64,000 nt of DNA from Candidatus Kaiserbacteria bacterium (GCA_019634005.1 JAHQWD010000003.1:2525-66524); one strand, 5' to 3'; numbered from the stretch's first letter, positions 7,976 through 17,586 are shown. Program-made: numbers and translations. The notes: generated by a model not told the origin, from the sequence alone.

Positions 7976-8830
7976 ATGCGTATAGAGGAGATTGAGGCGG
8001 CAATGAATCTGCCAGATTTTTGGAATGACTCCGCAAAAGCACAAGATTTAATAAAAGAGTTGCAGGAACTGAAGGATCAGGCTGAAGGAAAAGGGAAATA
8101 TGATCGCAACAACGCGGTCGTCACCATTGTTGCAGGTGCTGGTGGGGATGATGCAGAAGATTTTGCTCGTATGCTCGTGGAGATGTACCAGAAATATGCA
8201 GAAAAGAGAGGGTGGGGGGTTTTGGTGATAGATTCCAACCCAAATGATCACAATGGATATCGAAACATTGTTTTTGAGATAGAAGGAAATGGGGCGTACG
8301 GAGAACTCCAGACAGAGTCTGGGGTACATCGTCTGGTACGCATCTCACCATTTAACTCCAATGGGAAGCGGCAGACTTCATTTGTACTCGTTGAGGTGTC
8401 TCCAAAACTGAAAGATCACAAGGAAGTAGAACTAAATGAAGACGATCTCGATATTTCTTTTGCACGTTCGGGTGGTGCTGGTGGGCAGAATGTAAACAAG
8501 CGAGAGACTGCGGTGCGTATTGTGCATACGCCAACGAATATCTCTGTACATGTATCTTCAGAGCGAAGCCAGCAGCAAAATAGAGAGAGAGCAATGACAC
8601 TTCTTGCAGGAAAGGTATATGCCTTTGAGGAGGAGCAACGAAAGCGGGAGCTGAAGGGATTGTCCGTGGAGAAGTCAGTGAAGATAGAATGGGGGAGTCA
8701 GATTCGTTCATACGTACTCCACCCGTATCAAATGGTGAAAGATCATCGGACTGATGTGGAGGTTCGTGATGTAGAGAGGGTACTTGATGGTGATATACAG
8801 GAGTTTTTGGACGCGGCAAGGGAACTGTAG
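7976..8830 (+). CDS. prfB: peptide chain release factor 2 (N-terminally short form)
   Basis: GGQ motif ([11 protein letters not shown]) and the RF2-specific SPF motif ([15 protein letters not shown]). RBS aagaggag before ATG 7976. No in-frame UGA or frameshift site is visible. Confidence 0.9.
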   Translation: MRIEEIEAAMNLPDFWNDSAKAQDLIKELQELKDQAEGKGKYDRNNAVVTIVAGAGGDDAEDFARMLVEMYQKYAEKRGWGVLVIDSNPNDHNGYRNIVFEIEGNGAYGELQTESGVHRLVRISPFNSNGKRQTSFVLVEVSPKLKDHKEVELNEDDLDISFARSGGAGGQNVNKRETAVRIVHTPTNISVHVSSERSQQQNRERAMTLLAGKVYAFEEEQRKRELKGLSVEKSVKIEWGSQIRSYVLHPYQMVKDHRTDVEVRDVERVLDGDIQEFLDAAREL

Positions 8831-8872
8831 ATAAGTGTTTGACACTGTCAGACACCATGATACCATTTTGGT

Positions 8873-9133
8873 ATGAAGAAAAAGAAGGATAAAAAAGTGG
8901 AAGTGACCATGCGGGAGTTTCTTCGTAATCCTGGGAAAATGGGCGGCATGGTTCGTGATGGTACTGCTATTGAAGTGACCAAAAATGGTGCACCGTTTTT
9001 TACGGCTGTGCCTGCCTTTGAGAAAAAAGGGATTACAGGGAAAGACATCGTTCGATTGATAAAACCAAAAAAGAGTGGTTTGCATTCTCCCAATATCAGT
9101 ACACGTGTAGATGAAATGCTCTATGGAAAATGA
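8873..9133 (+). CDS. type II antitoxin (Phd/YefM-like, VapB-type)
   Basis: Small protein (MREFLRNPGKM...) overlapping the downstream PIN toxin. An imperfect palindrome GTGTTTGACAcTGTCAGACAC at 8836-8856 lies in its promoter. The start could alternatively be 8909. Confidence 0.65.
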   Translation: MKKKKDKKVEVTMREFLRNPGKMGGMVRDGTAIEVTKNGAPFFTAVPAFEKKGITGKDIVRLIKPKKSGLHSPNISTRVDEMLYGK

Positions 9134-9500
9134 AATTATACTCGATTCTTGTGTGTGGCTATCGTTCTTTTCTCCTGAAGATCGCAACCATAAGCAGGCG
9201 GTGGAGATACTGGAGGAGATAGAAGAACACATTGTTGTACCTGAGATTGTGTTTGGGGAGGTTGTGACAATACTTCGTTTGAGAAAAAAAGAGGACGAGG
9301 TGAAACAGTTTTATGAATTGTGTATGGGCGCATCGATGTTCTTACCTACGGGGCGTCTCTTGTGGAGGACTGCTGTTCGGTACCCACATGCCCCTAAGAA
9401 ACTATCCTTTGTTGACGCTGCACTGTATATACTTTCCAAAGAGTATGAGGTTGTGACCTTTGATAAGGTGCTCAAAAAGGCTATTGAAATGAGGAGTTAA
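9111..9500 (+). CDS. PIN-domain toxin (VapC-like)
   Basis: PIN acidic residues are in the right context (IILDSCVWLSFF, FGEVV, SFVDAALYILSKEYEVVTFDK). Overlaps the antitoxin. An alternative start is 9123. Confidence 0.75.
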   Translation: MKCSMENEIILDSCVWLSFFSPEDRNHKQAVEILEEIEEHIVVPEIVFGEVVTILRLRKKEDEVKQFYELCMGASMFLPTGRLLWRTAVRYPHAPKKLSFVDAALYILSKEYEVVTFDKVLKKAIEMRS

Positions 9501-9565
9501 GGGTGTATACACTACAGTACTGGTCTCTGTCAGAGATTTACAGTAGAATAGGTTCATTAAGGAAT

Positions 9566-10249
9566 ATGATCTATTTCGACAACGTCTCAAAGATTTATAG
9601 TGGCGGCGAATCAATCGCGCTTGAGGAAGTGACTTTCCAGGTTGCACCGAAGGAGTTTGTCTCAATTGTGGGACACTCTGGTGCGGGGAAGACGACGCTT
9701 CTAAAGATGCTCATTGCAGAGGATCAGCCGACTGGAGGGGTCGTCTTCTTTGAGTCTCTTGATGTCCATTCTATTCCAAAGAGCAGGCTCCCAGACTTTC
9801 GTCGAAAGATAGGAACAGTCTTTCAAGACTTCAAACTGCTTCCACACAAGACCGCATATGAGAACGTTGCCTTTGCTATGGAGGCAAATGGACGGACGGA
9901 TGAAGAGATCGCGGAGAATGTACCACAGGCACTGGAGCTTGTAGATCTTGCGGATAAAATGTGGAATTTTCCTGGGGAGCTCTCTGGAGGAGAAAAACAG
10001 CGGGTGGCAATTGCACGCGCAATTGTGAATCAACCAGACATCATCATTGCAGATGAGCCAACGGGAAACCTCGATCCAATTGCGACCTATGAGGTGGTAC
10101 AGATCTTAAAGAAGATCAACGATCTTGGTACAACGGTTATTATGACCACGCATAATAAGGGGGTGATCGACGCGCTTGAGAAGCGGGTCATCACGATGGA
10201 TGATGGACGGATTATCAGAGACGATAAAGAGGGTAAATACGTTTTGTAA
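9566..10249 (+). CDS. ftsE: cell-division ABC transporter ATP-binding protein FtsE
   Basis: Walker A (GHSGAGKTT), ABC signature (LSGGEKQRVAIARA) and Walker B (IIIADEPTGNLD). RBS aagga lies before ATG 9566. Confidence 0.9.
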   Translation: MIYFDNVSKIYSGGESIALEEVTFQVAPKEFVSIVGHSGAGKTTLLKMLIAEDQPTGGVVFFESLDVHSIPKSRLPDFRRKIGTVFQDFKLLPHKTAYENVAFAMEANGRTDEEIAENVPQALELVDLADKMWNFPGELSGGEKQRVAIARAIVNQPDIIIADEPTGNLDPIATYEVVQILKKINDLGTTVIMTTHNKGVIDALEKRVITMDDGRIIRDDKEGKYVL

Positions 10250-10252
10250 TAT

Positions 10253-11173
10253 ATGTGGGTAGATTTTAAACGAATTGTTCGGTCTGGATTTATTGGGTTT
10301 TGGCGAAATGCCTATGTCTCTTTTGCGTCCATCTTTGTGATGACTATCACACTTTTTGTTATTGGAAGCGCTATTTTTATGAGCCAACTCCTTGATGCGT
10401 CACTTACCAGTCTTCGAGAGAAGGTAGATGTGAACGTGTATCTGGTTACCTCAGCGCTTGAGGAGGATGTCGCACGACTGAAGACGTCACTTGAGGCACT
10501 TTCTGATGTTGCCGAAGTGAATTACACGTCACGTGCAGAAGCGTTGGAACAGTTCCGTCTTCGTCACGAGAACGATGAATTAACGCTCCAAGCACTCGAT
10601 GAGCTCGGGGAGAATCCTCTGGGAGCATCACTCTCTATCCGTGCAACTGATCCATCACGATATGAAAGTATTGCAGAATTCCTTGAGACACAGCAGGCGA
10701 AAGAGAGTCCTGATGCGCCAGTAATCGATCGTATTAACTTTTCACAGAATAAGGTGGCGATTGATAAACTAACTTCTATTATTGGTGCAGTAGAACAGAC
10801 GGGGTATGTAGCCAGTATTATCCTAGTCATTGTAACGGTACTCATTACACTGAATACTATTCGGCTTGCCATCTTTACCACCCGTGAAGAGATATCTGTT
10901 ATGCGACTTGTGGGAGCAGGAAATATGTTTATTCGGGGACCGTTTGTGTTCCAGGGAGTTATGTATGGACTGATTGCGGGAGTGCTCACGCTTCTCATCC
11001 TTTACCCGATTGTGTTGTGGCTTGGACCAGCGACAGAGACATTCTTCGGTATCTCGGTCTTTCATTACTATGTTACAGAGTTTGGCACCATCTTCCTCAT
11101 TATTGTGGGGTCAGGTGTGGTTTTGGGAGCACTCTCGAGTATGCTCGCAATTGCCCGATATCTAAAAGTCTAA
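10253..11173 (+). CDS. ftsX: cell-division permease FtsX
   Basis: Immediately downstream of ftsE. Has an N-terminal TM helix, a periplasmic domain and three C-terminal TM helices (FtsX fold). Confidence 0.85.
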   Translation: MWVDFKRIVRSGFIGFWRNAYVSFASIFVMTITLFVIGSAIFMSQLLDASLTSLREKVDVNVYLVTSALEEDVARLKTSLEALSDVAEVNYTSRAEALEQFRLRHENDELTLQALDELGENPLGASLSIRATDPSRYESIAEFLETQQAKESPDAPVIDRINFSQNKVAIDKLTSIIGAVEQTGYVASIILVIVTVLITLNTIRLAIFTTREEISVMRLVGAGNMFIRGPFVFQGVMYGLIAGVLTLLILYPIVLWLGPATETFFGISVFHYYVTEFGTIFLIIVGSGVVLGALSSMLAIARYLKV

Positions 11174-11188
11174 AATACAAAAAACGCT

Positions 11189-12880
11189 ATGGCACGGAAC
11201 ACGGAGAAACGACAGACAGGAAGAAAAGCTCAAAAACGGTCGACCAACAAACAGCACAAGTTTCTCTTCGTTGTTGGCGGTGTTATGAGTGGCGTTGGAA
11301 AAGGAGTCGCGTCCTCGTCTATAGCGAAGATTCTCCAAGCACGTGGGCTGACCGTAACCGCTATTAAAATAGACCCGTATATCAACGTTGATGCGGGCAC
11401 CATGAATCCGACAGAACACGGGGAGGTATTTGTACTTGGGGGAGGGTTGGAGACGGATCAAGACATGGGAAATTACGAACGATTTCTCGGTACCGATATT
11501 CCTGATATCAATTACATGACAACAGGGAGTGTGTACCAAGAGGTCATCCGAAAAGAACGTAATTTGGAATACGATGGAAAGAATGTGGAGGTAGTACCGC
11601 ATATTCCACTTCAGGTCATAAAGCGGATTAAAAAAGCCGCACAGGTTGCGAATGCAGACGTCACCATCATAGAGATTGGAGGAACGGTAGGAGAGTATCA
11701 GAACATCCTCTTCCTTGAGGCAGTACGTATGATGAAGACCAAAACACCTGATGATGTTGCGGTCGTTATGGTTTCATATCTTCCTGTACCAGGAAGTATT
11801 GGAGAGATGAAGACAAAGCCGACACAGACTGCTGCACGGACACTAAACAGTGCGGGTGTGTTTGCAGACTTCATCCTTGCACGTGGTCCTGTCGCGCTTG
11901 ATAAGAAACGAAAAGAGAAGATTGCACAGTTTTGTAATGTGGAGCCACAGAATGTCATCTCTGCCCCCGATGTCGCGAGTGTGTACGATGTACCCCTCAA
12001 TTTTGAGAAGGATAAACTCTCGGAGCGTATTTGTAACGTGCTCAATATCAAGAAGATACAGAAATCAGATCTCAGCGCATGGCGTCGTTTTGTCGCAAAG
12101 TCCAAGAATGGACATGACACCGTGAAGATTGCGGTTGTCGGGAAGTACTTTAATTCAGGGGACTTTATTCTCTCTGACGTGTATCTTTCTGTCCTTGAGG
12201 CAATTAAATATTCTGCGTACAAACTTGGATTGAAGCCAGATATCCACTACATCTCCTCACTTCCGTTTGAAGATAAAAAGAAGCTCAAGGAGTTAAAGCA
12301 GTATGACGGCATCCTTATCCCTGGCGGATTTGGCACGACGGGCATTCTTGGAAAGTTGAACGTAGTTAAATACGCGAGAGAGAATAAGATTCCGTACTTT
12401 GGTATCTGCTACGGTATGCAACTTGCGGTCTTGGAGTACGCGAAAAATAAGCTCCGTATGAAGAATGTAAGTACTACGGAGATTGATCCGTCTGCGCAAC
12501 ATCTCGTCATTGATATCATGCCAGAACAGAAAGAGAAGGTTGCTAAAAGTGACATGGGAGGCACCATGCGTCTTGGGGAGTATCCTGCAGTCTTGAAGCG
12601 AGGAAGTATCGCACGTAAGGCATATGGCGCTGATGAGATCAGTGAGCGGCATCGACACCGATATGAGGTGAATCCAGAGTACGTGGAGAAGTTATCTGCG
12701 GGCGGATTAGTATTCTCTGGAACATCTCCAGACGAACGACTTATGGAAATTGTAGAGTTACCCAAAGATATCCACCCATTCTTTGTAGGTGCACAGTTCC
12801 ATCCAGAGTTTCATGCACGACCACTCTCACCACATCCTTTGTTTACCGCTTTTGTGAAGGCTTCGTACGAGGGGAAGTAG
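11189..12880 (+). CDS. pyrG: CTP synthase
   Basis: N-terminal synthetase domain (FVVGGVMSGVGKGVASSSIAKIL) and a glutamine amidotransferase domain with GICYGMQ. A ~25-aa basic N-terminal extension precedes them. Confidence 0.95.
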   Translation: MARNTEKRQTGRKAQKRSTNKQHKFLFVVGGVMSGVGKGVASSSIAKILQARGLTVTAIKIDPYINVDAGTMNPTEHGEVFVLGGGLETDQDMGNYERFLGTDIPDINYMTTGSVYQEVIRKERNLEYDGKNVEVVPHIPLQVIKRIKKAAQVANADVTIIEIGGTVGEYQNILFLEAVRMMKTKTPDDVAVVMVSYLPVPGSIGEMKTKPTQTAARTLNSAGVFADFILARGPVALDKKRKEKIAQFCNVEPQNVISAPDVASVYDVPLNFEKDKLSERICNVLNIKKIQKSDLSAWRRFVAKSKNGHDTVKIAVVGKYFNSGDFILSDVYLSVLEAIKYSAYKLGLKPDIHYISSLPFEDKKKLKELKQYDGILIPGGFGTTGILGKLNVVKYARENKIPYFGICYGMQLAVLEYAKNKLRMKNVSTTEIDPSAQHLVIDIMPEQKEKVAKSDMGGTMRLGEYPAVLKRGSIARKAYGADEISERHRHRYEVNPEYVEKLSAGGLVFSGTSPDERLMEIVELPKDIHPFFVGAQFHPEFHARPLSPHPLFTAFVKASYEGK

Positions 12881-12971
12881 GTGCTTCCTTGCCTTTATAT
12901 TTGAAATACTATAGGCTTCATTTTGGATAATGCATATCCAATTCTTTCATCACAGACAAGGAGGTGAAGAA

Positions 12972-14168
12972 GTGGGAAAGGTAAAACAAAAGACAGTACC
13001 AAGATCATGGTCGCCTTGCGCGCATAGTCCCAAAGGAAGCGTAGACAAGGATTTTTGCGAACGAGTATCCGCAGTCCCCGCACGCGCTGGGGTCTGTGCT
13101 CCGTGCCTATGTCCTTGGAAGGACAGAAATGTCGTTGCTGCTGATCCAGACGGTGGACTCCCATCAACATTTGATGCTGATCGACAGAGACGGGCTCAGC
13201 AACCCGCAGAGGGTTCATCAGTCGTCGATTTTGAGGAAGTCTCAAAAGACTGGGAAGAGGTGTTGGCGAAGATTAAGAAAATGCTCGAGACGGCTGAGAT
13301 TGAAGATCTCGATCCGCAAGCAATTCGTCCAATGCCAGGGCAGCCACGTACTTATTTCAACGAGGCTGGTCTCGAAGACCTCGGGAACTCTATCCAGAAA
13401 GCTGGACAGTTGCAGCCCGGCCTCGTCCGAGAAGTAGCTGACGGTCAAGACGGCGTTGCGTATGAGCTTATTGACGGCGAACGGCGTCTCCGAGCAATCA
13501 TTCGCAAAGGTGTGCCTTATTTTAGGGCACAAGTATTGGATGTCGAGGACGCACATTTGGTTGCCTTTATTATGGCAACAGTCTCGAACTTCAATCGTGC
13601 AGAGCATACTCCGCTGGAGATAGCCGATGCAATTCACAAGATGCGCACCGGCCCAGTGAAGCTTCCCATGAAGGAGATTGCCCAGTTGATCGGGTATTCG
13701 GAAGTACGAGCGTATCAATTTTATAGCCTTCAGAAATTGCATCCGAAGGTGAGAGATATGCTCGATCCGAATCGACCGAAAGAGAAACGGCTAGGCGTCA
13801 GTGCTGCGGTCGAAATCGCAAAACTGCCGGATAAGGGTCTTCATCTCAGCATGGCCGAGAGAGTCCTGTCTGGCGAGGTTTCGTTCAGGACAATCCGTGG
13901 TGAAGTTGTTAGGGTCGGCAGAGAGCATGGTACTCCTGTGCGGACTCGGCAACTCGAACCAAGGAAGCTTTTCGAATCGTGCGCAGCGCGTGCGGGCGAA
14001 CTAAAGCGGGTCTCGGGAAGCATGCTTGCGCAGATTGCCGAGATGCGAGAGCGAAACCTCCCTGTTCTTGTTGCCACAACACCGCGCGGTGAGCGGGTAC
14101 GCGACGATCTCAAGGAGACAAGAGAGCACCTGGACAGACTCTATCAGGAGCTTGGCATGGAAGAGTAG
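12972..14168 (+). CDS. ParB/Spo0J-like (ParB N-terminal nuclease-like domain plus HTH) protein, GC-rich, no adjacent ParA
   Basis: ParB box (GQLQPGLVREVADGQDGVAYELIDGERRLRAI) and an HTH (MKEIAQLIGYSEVRAY). RBS aaggaggtg before GTG 12972. Local GC is ~58-60% against ~45% in the flanks. Confidence 0.7.
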   Translation: MGKVKQKTVPRSWSPCAHSPKGSVDKDFCERVSAVPARAGVCAPCLCPWKDRNVVAADPDGGLPSTFDADRQRRAQQPAEGSSVVDFEEVSKDWEEVLAKIKKMLETAEIEDLDPQAIRPMPGQPRTYFNEAGLEDLGNSIQKAGQLQPGLVREVADGQDGVAYELIDGERRLRAIIRKGVPYFRAQVLDVEDAHLVAFIMATVSNFNRAEHTPLEIADAIHKMRTGPVKLPMKEIAQLIGYSEVRAYQFYSLQKLHPKVRDMLDPNRPKEKRLGVSAAVEIAKLPDKGLHLSMAERVLSGEVSFRTIRGEVVRVGREHGTPVRTRQLEPRKLFESCAARAGELKRVSGSMLAQIAEMRERNLPVLVATTPRGERVRDDLKETREHLDRLYQELGMEE

Positions 14169-14191
14169 TCTGACATGAAGCGTTACTTCAA

Positions 14192-14233
14192 AAGACCGAT
14201 GGGATTTTTACCCTTCGGTCTTTTTTGTTTTTA
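14192..14233. terminator. bidirectional intrinsic terminator between convergent genes
   Basis: AAGACCGATGGG-attttta-CCCTTCGGTCTT with T-runs on both sides. Confidence 0.65.
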
Positions 14234-14692
14234 AAAATCATCAATGAAGTCCTCTGGGTTAAAGATGTTGGGGAAATCAGTAAGCTGACCCCTTGGAGCG
14301 AGCTCCAGTATTTCTTCCTTCGAGAAAAATCTAATTTCCTCACACTCTGGCGTTGGTGTGAAGTTGAGATGTTCAAACTCAATACGGTACGCAACAATGA
14401 GAGAATAGAACCAATCTATATTTCTCCTATTTTCAAAGCGATGCGTCCAGAGGTACATGGGACGTCGAGATATTTTTGATATCTTGAGCCCCATTTCTTC
14501 TTCAGTCTCTCGGTTAAATCCAGTGTAGATATCTTCTCCAAAATCCAAACCACCACCAGGTAATTCCCAATGATCTTTGCCACCATACTCTTCAGATTCT
14601 CGAATGAGGAGCACCTTTCCATCTCGGACACAGAGACCTTTGATTGTGACGCGATAGAAGGCATCGGGAAAATACTGAGACTGAGATTCCAT
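14231..14692 (-). CDS. NUDIX hydrolase
   Basis: Nudix box GGGLDFGEDIYTGFNRETEEEMGL. ATG at 14692 (MESQSQYF...). The longer computed ORF, which runs to 15211, overlaps the upstream gene out of frame. Confidence 0.8.
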   Translation of the reverse strand: MESQSQYFPDAFYRVTIKGLCVRDGKVLLIRESEEYGGKDHWELPGGGLDFGEDIYTGFNRETEEEMGLKISKISRRPMYLWTHRFENRRNIDWFYSLIVAYRIEFEHLNFTPTPECEEIRFFSKEEILELAPRGQLTDFPNIFNPEDFIDDF

Positions 14693-14711
14693 ACGCTCTA
14701 TACTAGCATGT

Positions 14712-15422
14712 CTAGGTATAGAGGTTTTTGAGGAGCGGCCAATAGATATCTTCTCGTGGTGGAATAAAGAGTTCCTGGGAAGTATCTCGATTAGTGAATA
14801 CAATGTGTGGAATATCCTGTATATGGCAGAGCGGAGTCTGTTCTGCAAGTTCTCCCATCGCGAACACACCAGCAACAGCAAGGGAGTCAACGACATTGAT
14901 TCTCGTGAACTGTGCGGGTCTGTTAAAGAGATCTGGTTTTCCTGTGTAGTACGAGACTGGCTCACATCCATACCAGCCGAGTGCAACGCCGACTGTGCCA
15001 TAGCGAAGTGGTGCGGAGTGAGAGTCAGCGACAATGACACCAAGTTTCTTAACATTGTATGTTTTTGTAAGGAACTCGTGTATCTCTCGTGCACTCTTGT
15101 GAGGATCTTCAGGGAGAAGAATAAGATGCTCATCAGCGTTACTCTCATCAATGCCTGCGCCAGAGAGGAATGTTCCGTGTTTGATACAGATACGCCATCT
15201 GCTGTCTGCATCTTTTATATAGACGTCAGATTCTTTCTCTACAAGGGATTCTTTGTCGACATCTTTTGCAAGCACACAGCGTCCTTCATGGATGGCGACA
15301 ACCTTTGAAGAGACAACGAGTACATCCTCCTCGGAGAGTGAGAGGTTAGACTCTTGTATGGCTTTAAAGAGGTCGTCTTGTGGTGGGGTAAGGAGATGGG
15401 TCTTAATTGCTTCAATATGCAT
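14712..15422 (-). CDS. CofE/FbiB-like protein (coenzyme F420-0:gamma-glutamyl ligase family, COG1478)
   Basis: Family motifs FLSGAGIDESNA and LLPEDP. 236 aa. Confidence 0.6.
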   Translation of the reverse strand: MHIEAIKTHLLTPPQDDLFKAIQESNLSLSEEDVLVVSSKVVAIHEGRCVLAKDVDKESLVEKESDVYIKDADSRWRICIKHGTFLSGAGIDESNADEHLILLPEDPHKSAREIHEFLTKTYNVKKLGVIVADSHSAPLRYGTVGVALGWYGCEPVSYYTGKPDLFNRPAQFTRINVVDSLAVAGVFAMGELAEQTPLCHIQDIPHIVFTNRDTSQELFIPPREDIYWPLLKNLYT

Positions 15423-15651
15423 AGGTATAGGAAATTAGATAGTAAAGAGGACTATCGAAGTGAAGCGAAAGATGACCAAGTCGTGATGCGGTTGGTGAGT
15501 AACATGGTAGGGATATTCTACGGTATCAGATTTTTCCCGCAAACATTGACCGAGTAGTATCTTCATGTTACTGTCTCCCTACGTTTTGGAATCTCGTGTA
15601 GGGCTCCAGGGCAGTATATTTATCACCTGCACAGCCCTAAGAAATAATTGA

Positions 15652-16899
15652 ATGAACACAAGAACACACCGACAAGGTCGGACGGGTGGTCGTCCGCGTC
15701 GACGACCATACTCAGGACGACCGTCTCACGGTCGCAGAAGGCAAGGAGGCGGGAGAAAACTACCTACCTTTGATCCATCCCAGTTTATTAATAAAAACCC
15801 TGTAGAACAGAAGGAGGAGGTATATACACCAAAAAATACCTTTACCACCTTTGGACTTGATGCACGTATCGAAAAGGCGGTTGCGGATCGTGGCATTACT
15901 GTTCCATCTCCGATCCAGGATCAGGCGATTCCAGAGATTATGGAGGGGCGGGACGTTATTGGTCTCGCAGAGACAGGGACAGGAAAGACCGCTGCTTTCC
16001 TGCTGCCGCTCATCCATAAGACGCTGAAAGAACCACGTCGGCAGACTTTGATTCTCGCTCCAACACGGGAGCTTGCGCTTCAGATAGAGCAGGAACTCCG
16101 TGTGCTCTCAGGGTCACTTCATCTATACGCTACGGTGTGTGTTGGTGGTACCAACATCCAGCCACAGATACGGGGTCTCAAGCGAAAGAATCACTTTGTG
16201 ATTGGAACACCAGGGCGTGTATTGGATCTCATCAACCGTGGAAACTTACGTACTGATAAGATCACTACGGTTATCTTGGATGAGGCAGATCGTATGCTTG
16301 ATATGGGATTCATTCACGATATGCGTGCCATTCTCTCTGGGACACCGAAGGATAGGGAGACACTCTTTTTCTCTGCCACCATGACCAAAGAAGCAGAAGC
16401 ACTTGTTGATGATTTCCTCCGTAATCCTGTAACTATCTCGGTGAAGAAAAAGGAAGTGACCAACAGTATTGAACAGGACGTGGTGCCGTTTGGACATCAT
16501 AATAAGTTTGAGACACTTCTCAATCTTCTCGAAGATGAGTCGCTTCGTCGTGTCATCATCTTCGGTGCTATGAAGCACAGTGTCGAGAAGCTTGCGAAAG
16601 AACTTTCTCGTGCGGGTATTGTTGCAGAGAGTATCCACGGGAATAAGAGCCACGGACAGCGACAGCGTTCGCTTGCGAAGTTCAAGAGTGGGAATGCGCG
16701 GATACTGGTTGCAACAGATGTTGCCGCGCGTGGTATTCACGTGGACAATGTATCGCATGTGATCAATTACGATCTCCCTGGAACCTTTGAAGACTACGTG
16801 CATCGTATTGGACGTACGGGACGAGGTACAAAACGAGGGAAGGCACTTACCTTTGTGCCAGAGAAGTCTGTATCAAGGTTGAAAAATACTGGAAAATAG
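15652..16899 (+). CDS. DEAD-box ATP-dependent RNA helicase with Arg/Gly-rich N-terminal extension
   Basis: Q motif, AETGTGKTAAF (motif I), DEAD (LDEADRM), SAT and HRIGRTGRG. A ~45-aa N-terminal R/G-rich tail is present (RQGRTGGRPRRRPYSGRPSHGRRRQGGGRK). Confidence 0.9.
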   Translation: MNTRTHRQGRTGGRPRRRPYSGRPSHGRRRQGGGRKLPTFDPSQFINKNPVEQKEEVYTPKNTFTTFGLDARIEKAVADRGITVPSPIQDQAIPEIMEGRDVIGLAETGTGKTAAFLLPLIHKTLKEPRRQTLILAPTRELALQIEQELRVLSGSLHLYATVCVGGTNIQPQIRGLKRKNHFVIGTPGRVLDLINRGNLRTDKITTVILDEADRMLDMGFIHDMRAILSGTPKDRETLFFSATMTKEAEALVDDFLRNPVTISVKKKEVTNSIEQDVVPFGHHNKFETLLNLLEDESLRRVIIFGAMKHSVEKLAKELSRAGIVAESIHGNKSHGQRQRSLAKFKSGNARILVATDVAARGIHVDNVSHVINYDLPGTFEDYVHRIGRTGRGTKRGKALTFVPEKSVSRLKNTGK

Positions 16900-16937
16900 T
16901 GCATTTTATAGGGTACTAAAGTTTGTACTTTAGTCCT

Positions 16938-17008
16938 TGCCGGATCGTCTAATGGTAGGACCGCGGTTTCTGGTACCGTTAATCGGGGTTCGAGTCCCTG
17001 TCCGGCAG
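16938..17008 (+). tRNA. tRNA-Gln (CTG)
   Basis: TGCCGGATCGTCTAATGGTAGGACCGCGGTTTCTGGTACCGTTAATCGGGGTTCGAGTCCCTGTCCGGCAG. It has U1:A72 as in E. coli tRNA-Gln. The anticodon loop is TTCTGGT. Confidence 0.85.
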
Positions 17009-17130
17009 CTAGCGATTTTAACCCTATATATAAAGATGGATTAGTTCGAATCCCGTGTCACCTCCTTAATAAAAAATGGCCCATCCAAACTAATGTAAGG
17101 ATAGGCCATTGGTCTTCTGGCTGGAGCGGG

Positions 17131-17412
17131 TTAGCGCTTCCAGATCACCGAGCAGGGGTTTGCCGAACGAGCTTCGTGGCGGAGACATTTCTCAATAGCC
17201 GTGATTTTCTTGGCACCACGGACGGTGGTGTTCATGAGGTCGGCGTAGAGGACTGCGGCCTCTTGGTCGTGCTGGAACGCTTCGGCTGCCAGATGGCGGT
17301 CGCCATCGGAATAGTTGAAGTATAGGTTCGTTGCACTCGGAAGGGCGGGGCTCGCAAGGGCGCCGAAGCTCAGAGCGGTTGCTGCGGTAGCAATCATCAG
17401 AATTTTTTTCAT
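17131..17412 (-). CDS. small secreted protein (signal peptide), GC-rich
   Basis: MKKILMIATAATALSFGALASPALP... RBS ggagag. GC is ~58%. Confidence 0.55.
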   Translation of the reverse strand: MKKILMIATAATALSFGALASPALPSATNLYFNYSDGDRHLAAEAFQHDQEAAVLYADLMNTTVRGAKKITAIEKCLRHEARSANPCSVIWKR

Positions 17413-17586
17413 CAGGAACTCTCCATAGTTTGTGCGGTCTCAATGACTGCACTTCTTTTGTATTATACCAAATATAAATATTCTGTCAAGTATTCTACAC
17501 CAAATTTCTAATTTCATCCCACACAGCCAGCCTAAAGAGACGACTAAAATGGCTCAGATAAAGGTTTTTTTGTTCGAAAGTGCACT

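Noticed and set aside
14231-15211. 326-aa minus-strand ORF whose N-terminal 170 aa overlap the CofE-like gene
   Set aside because: Only the C-terminal 154 aa form a NUDIX domain. The 5' part overlaps a well-supported CofE-like CDS in another frame. An internal ATG at 14692 gives a normal-size NUDIX protein.
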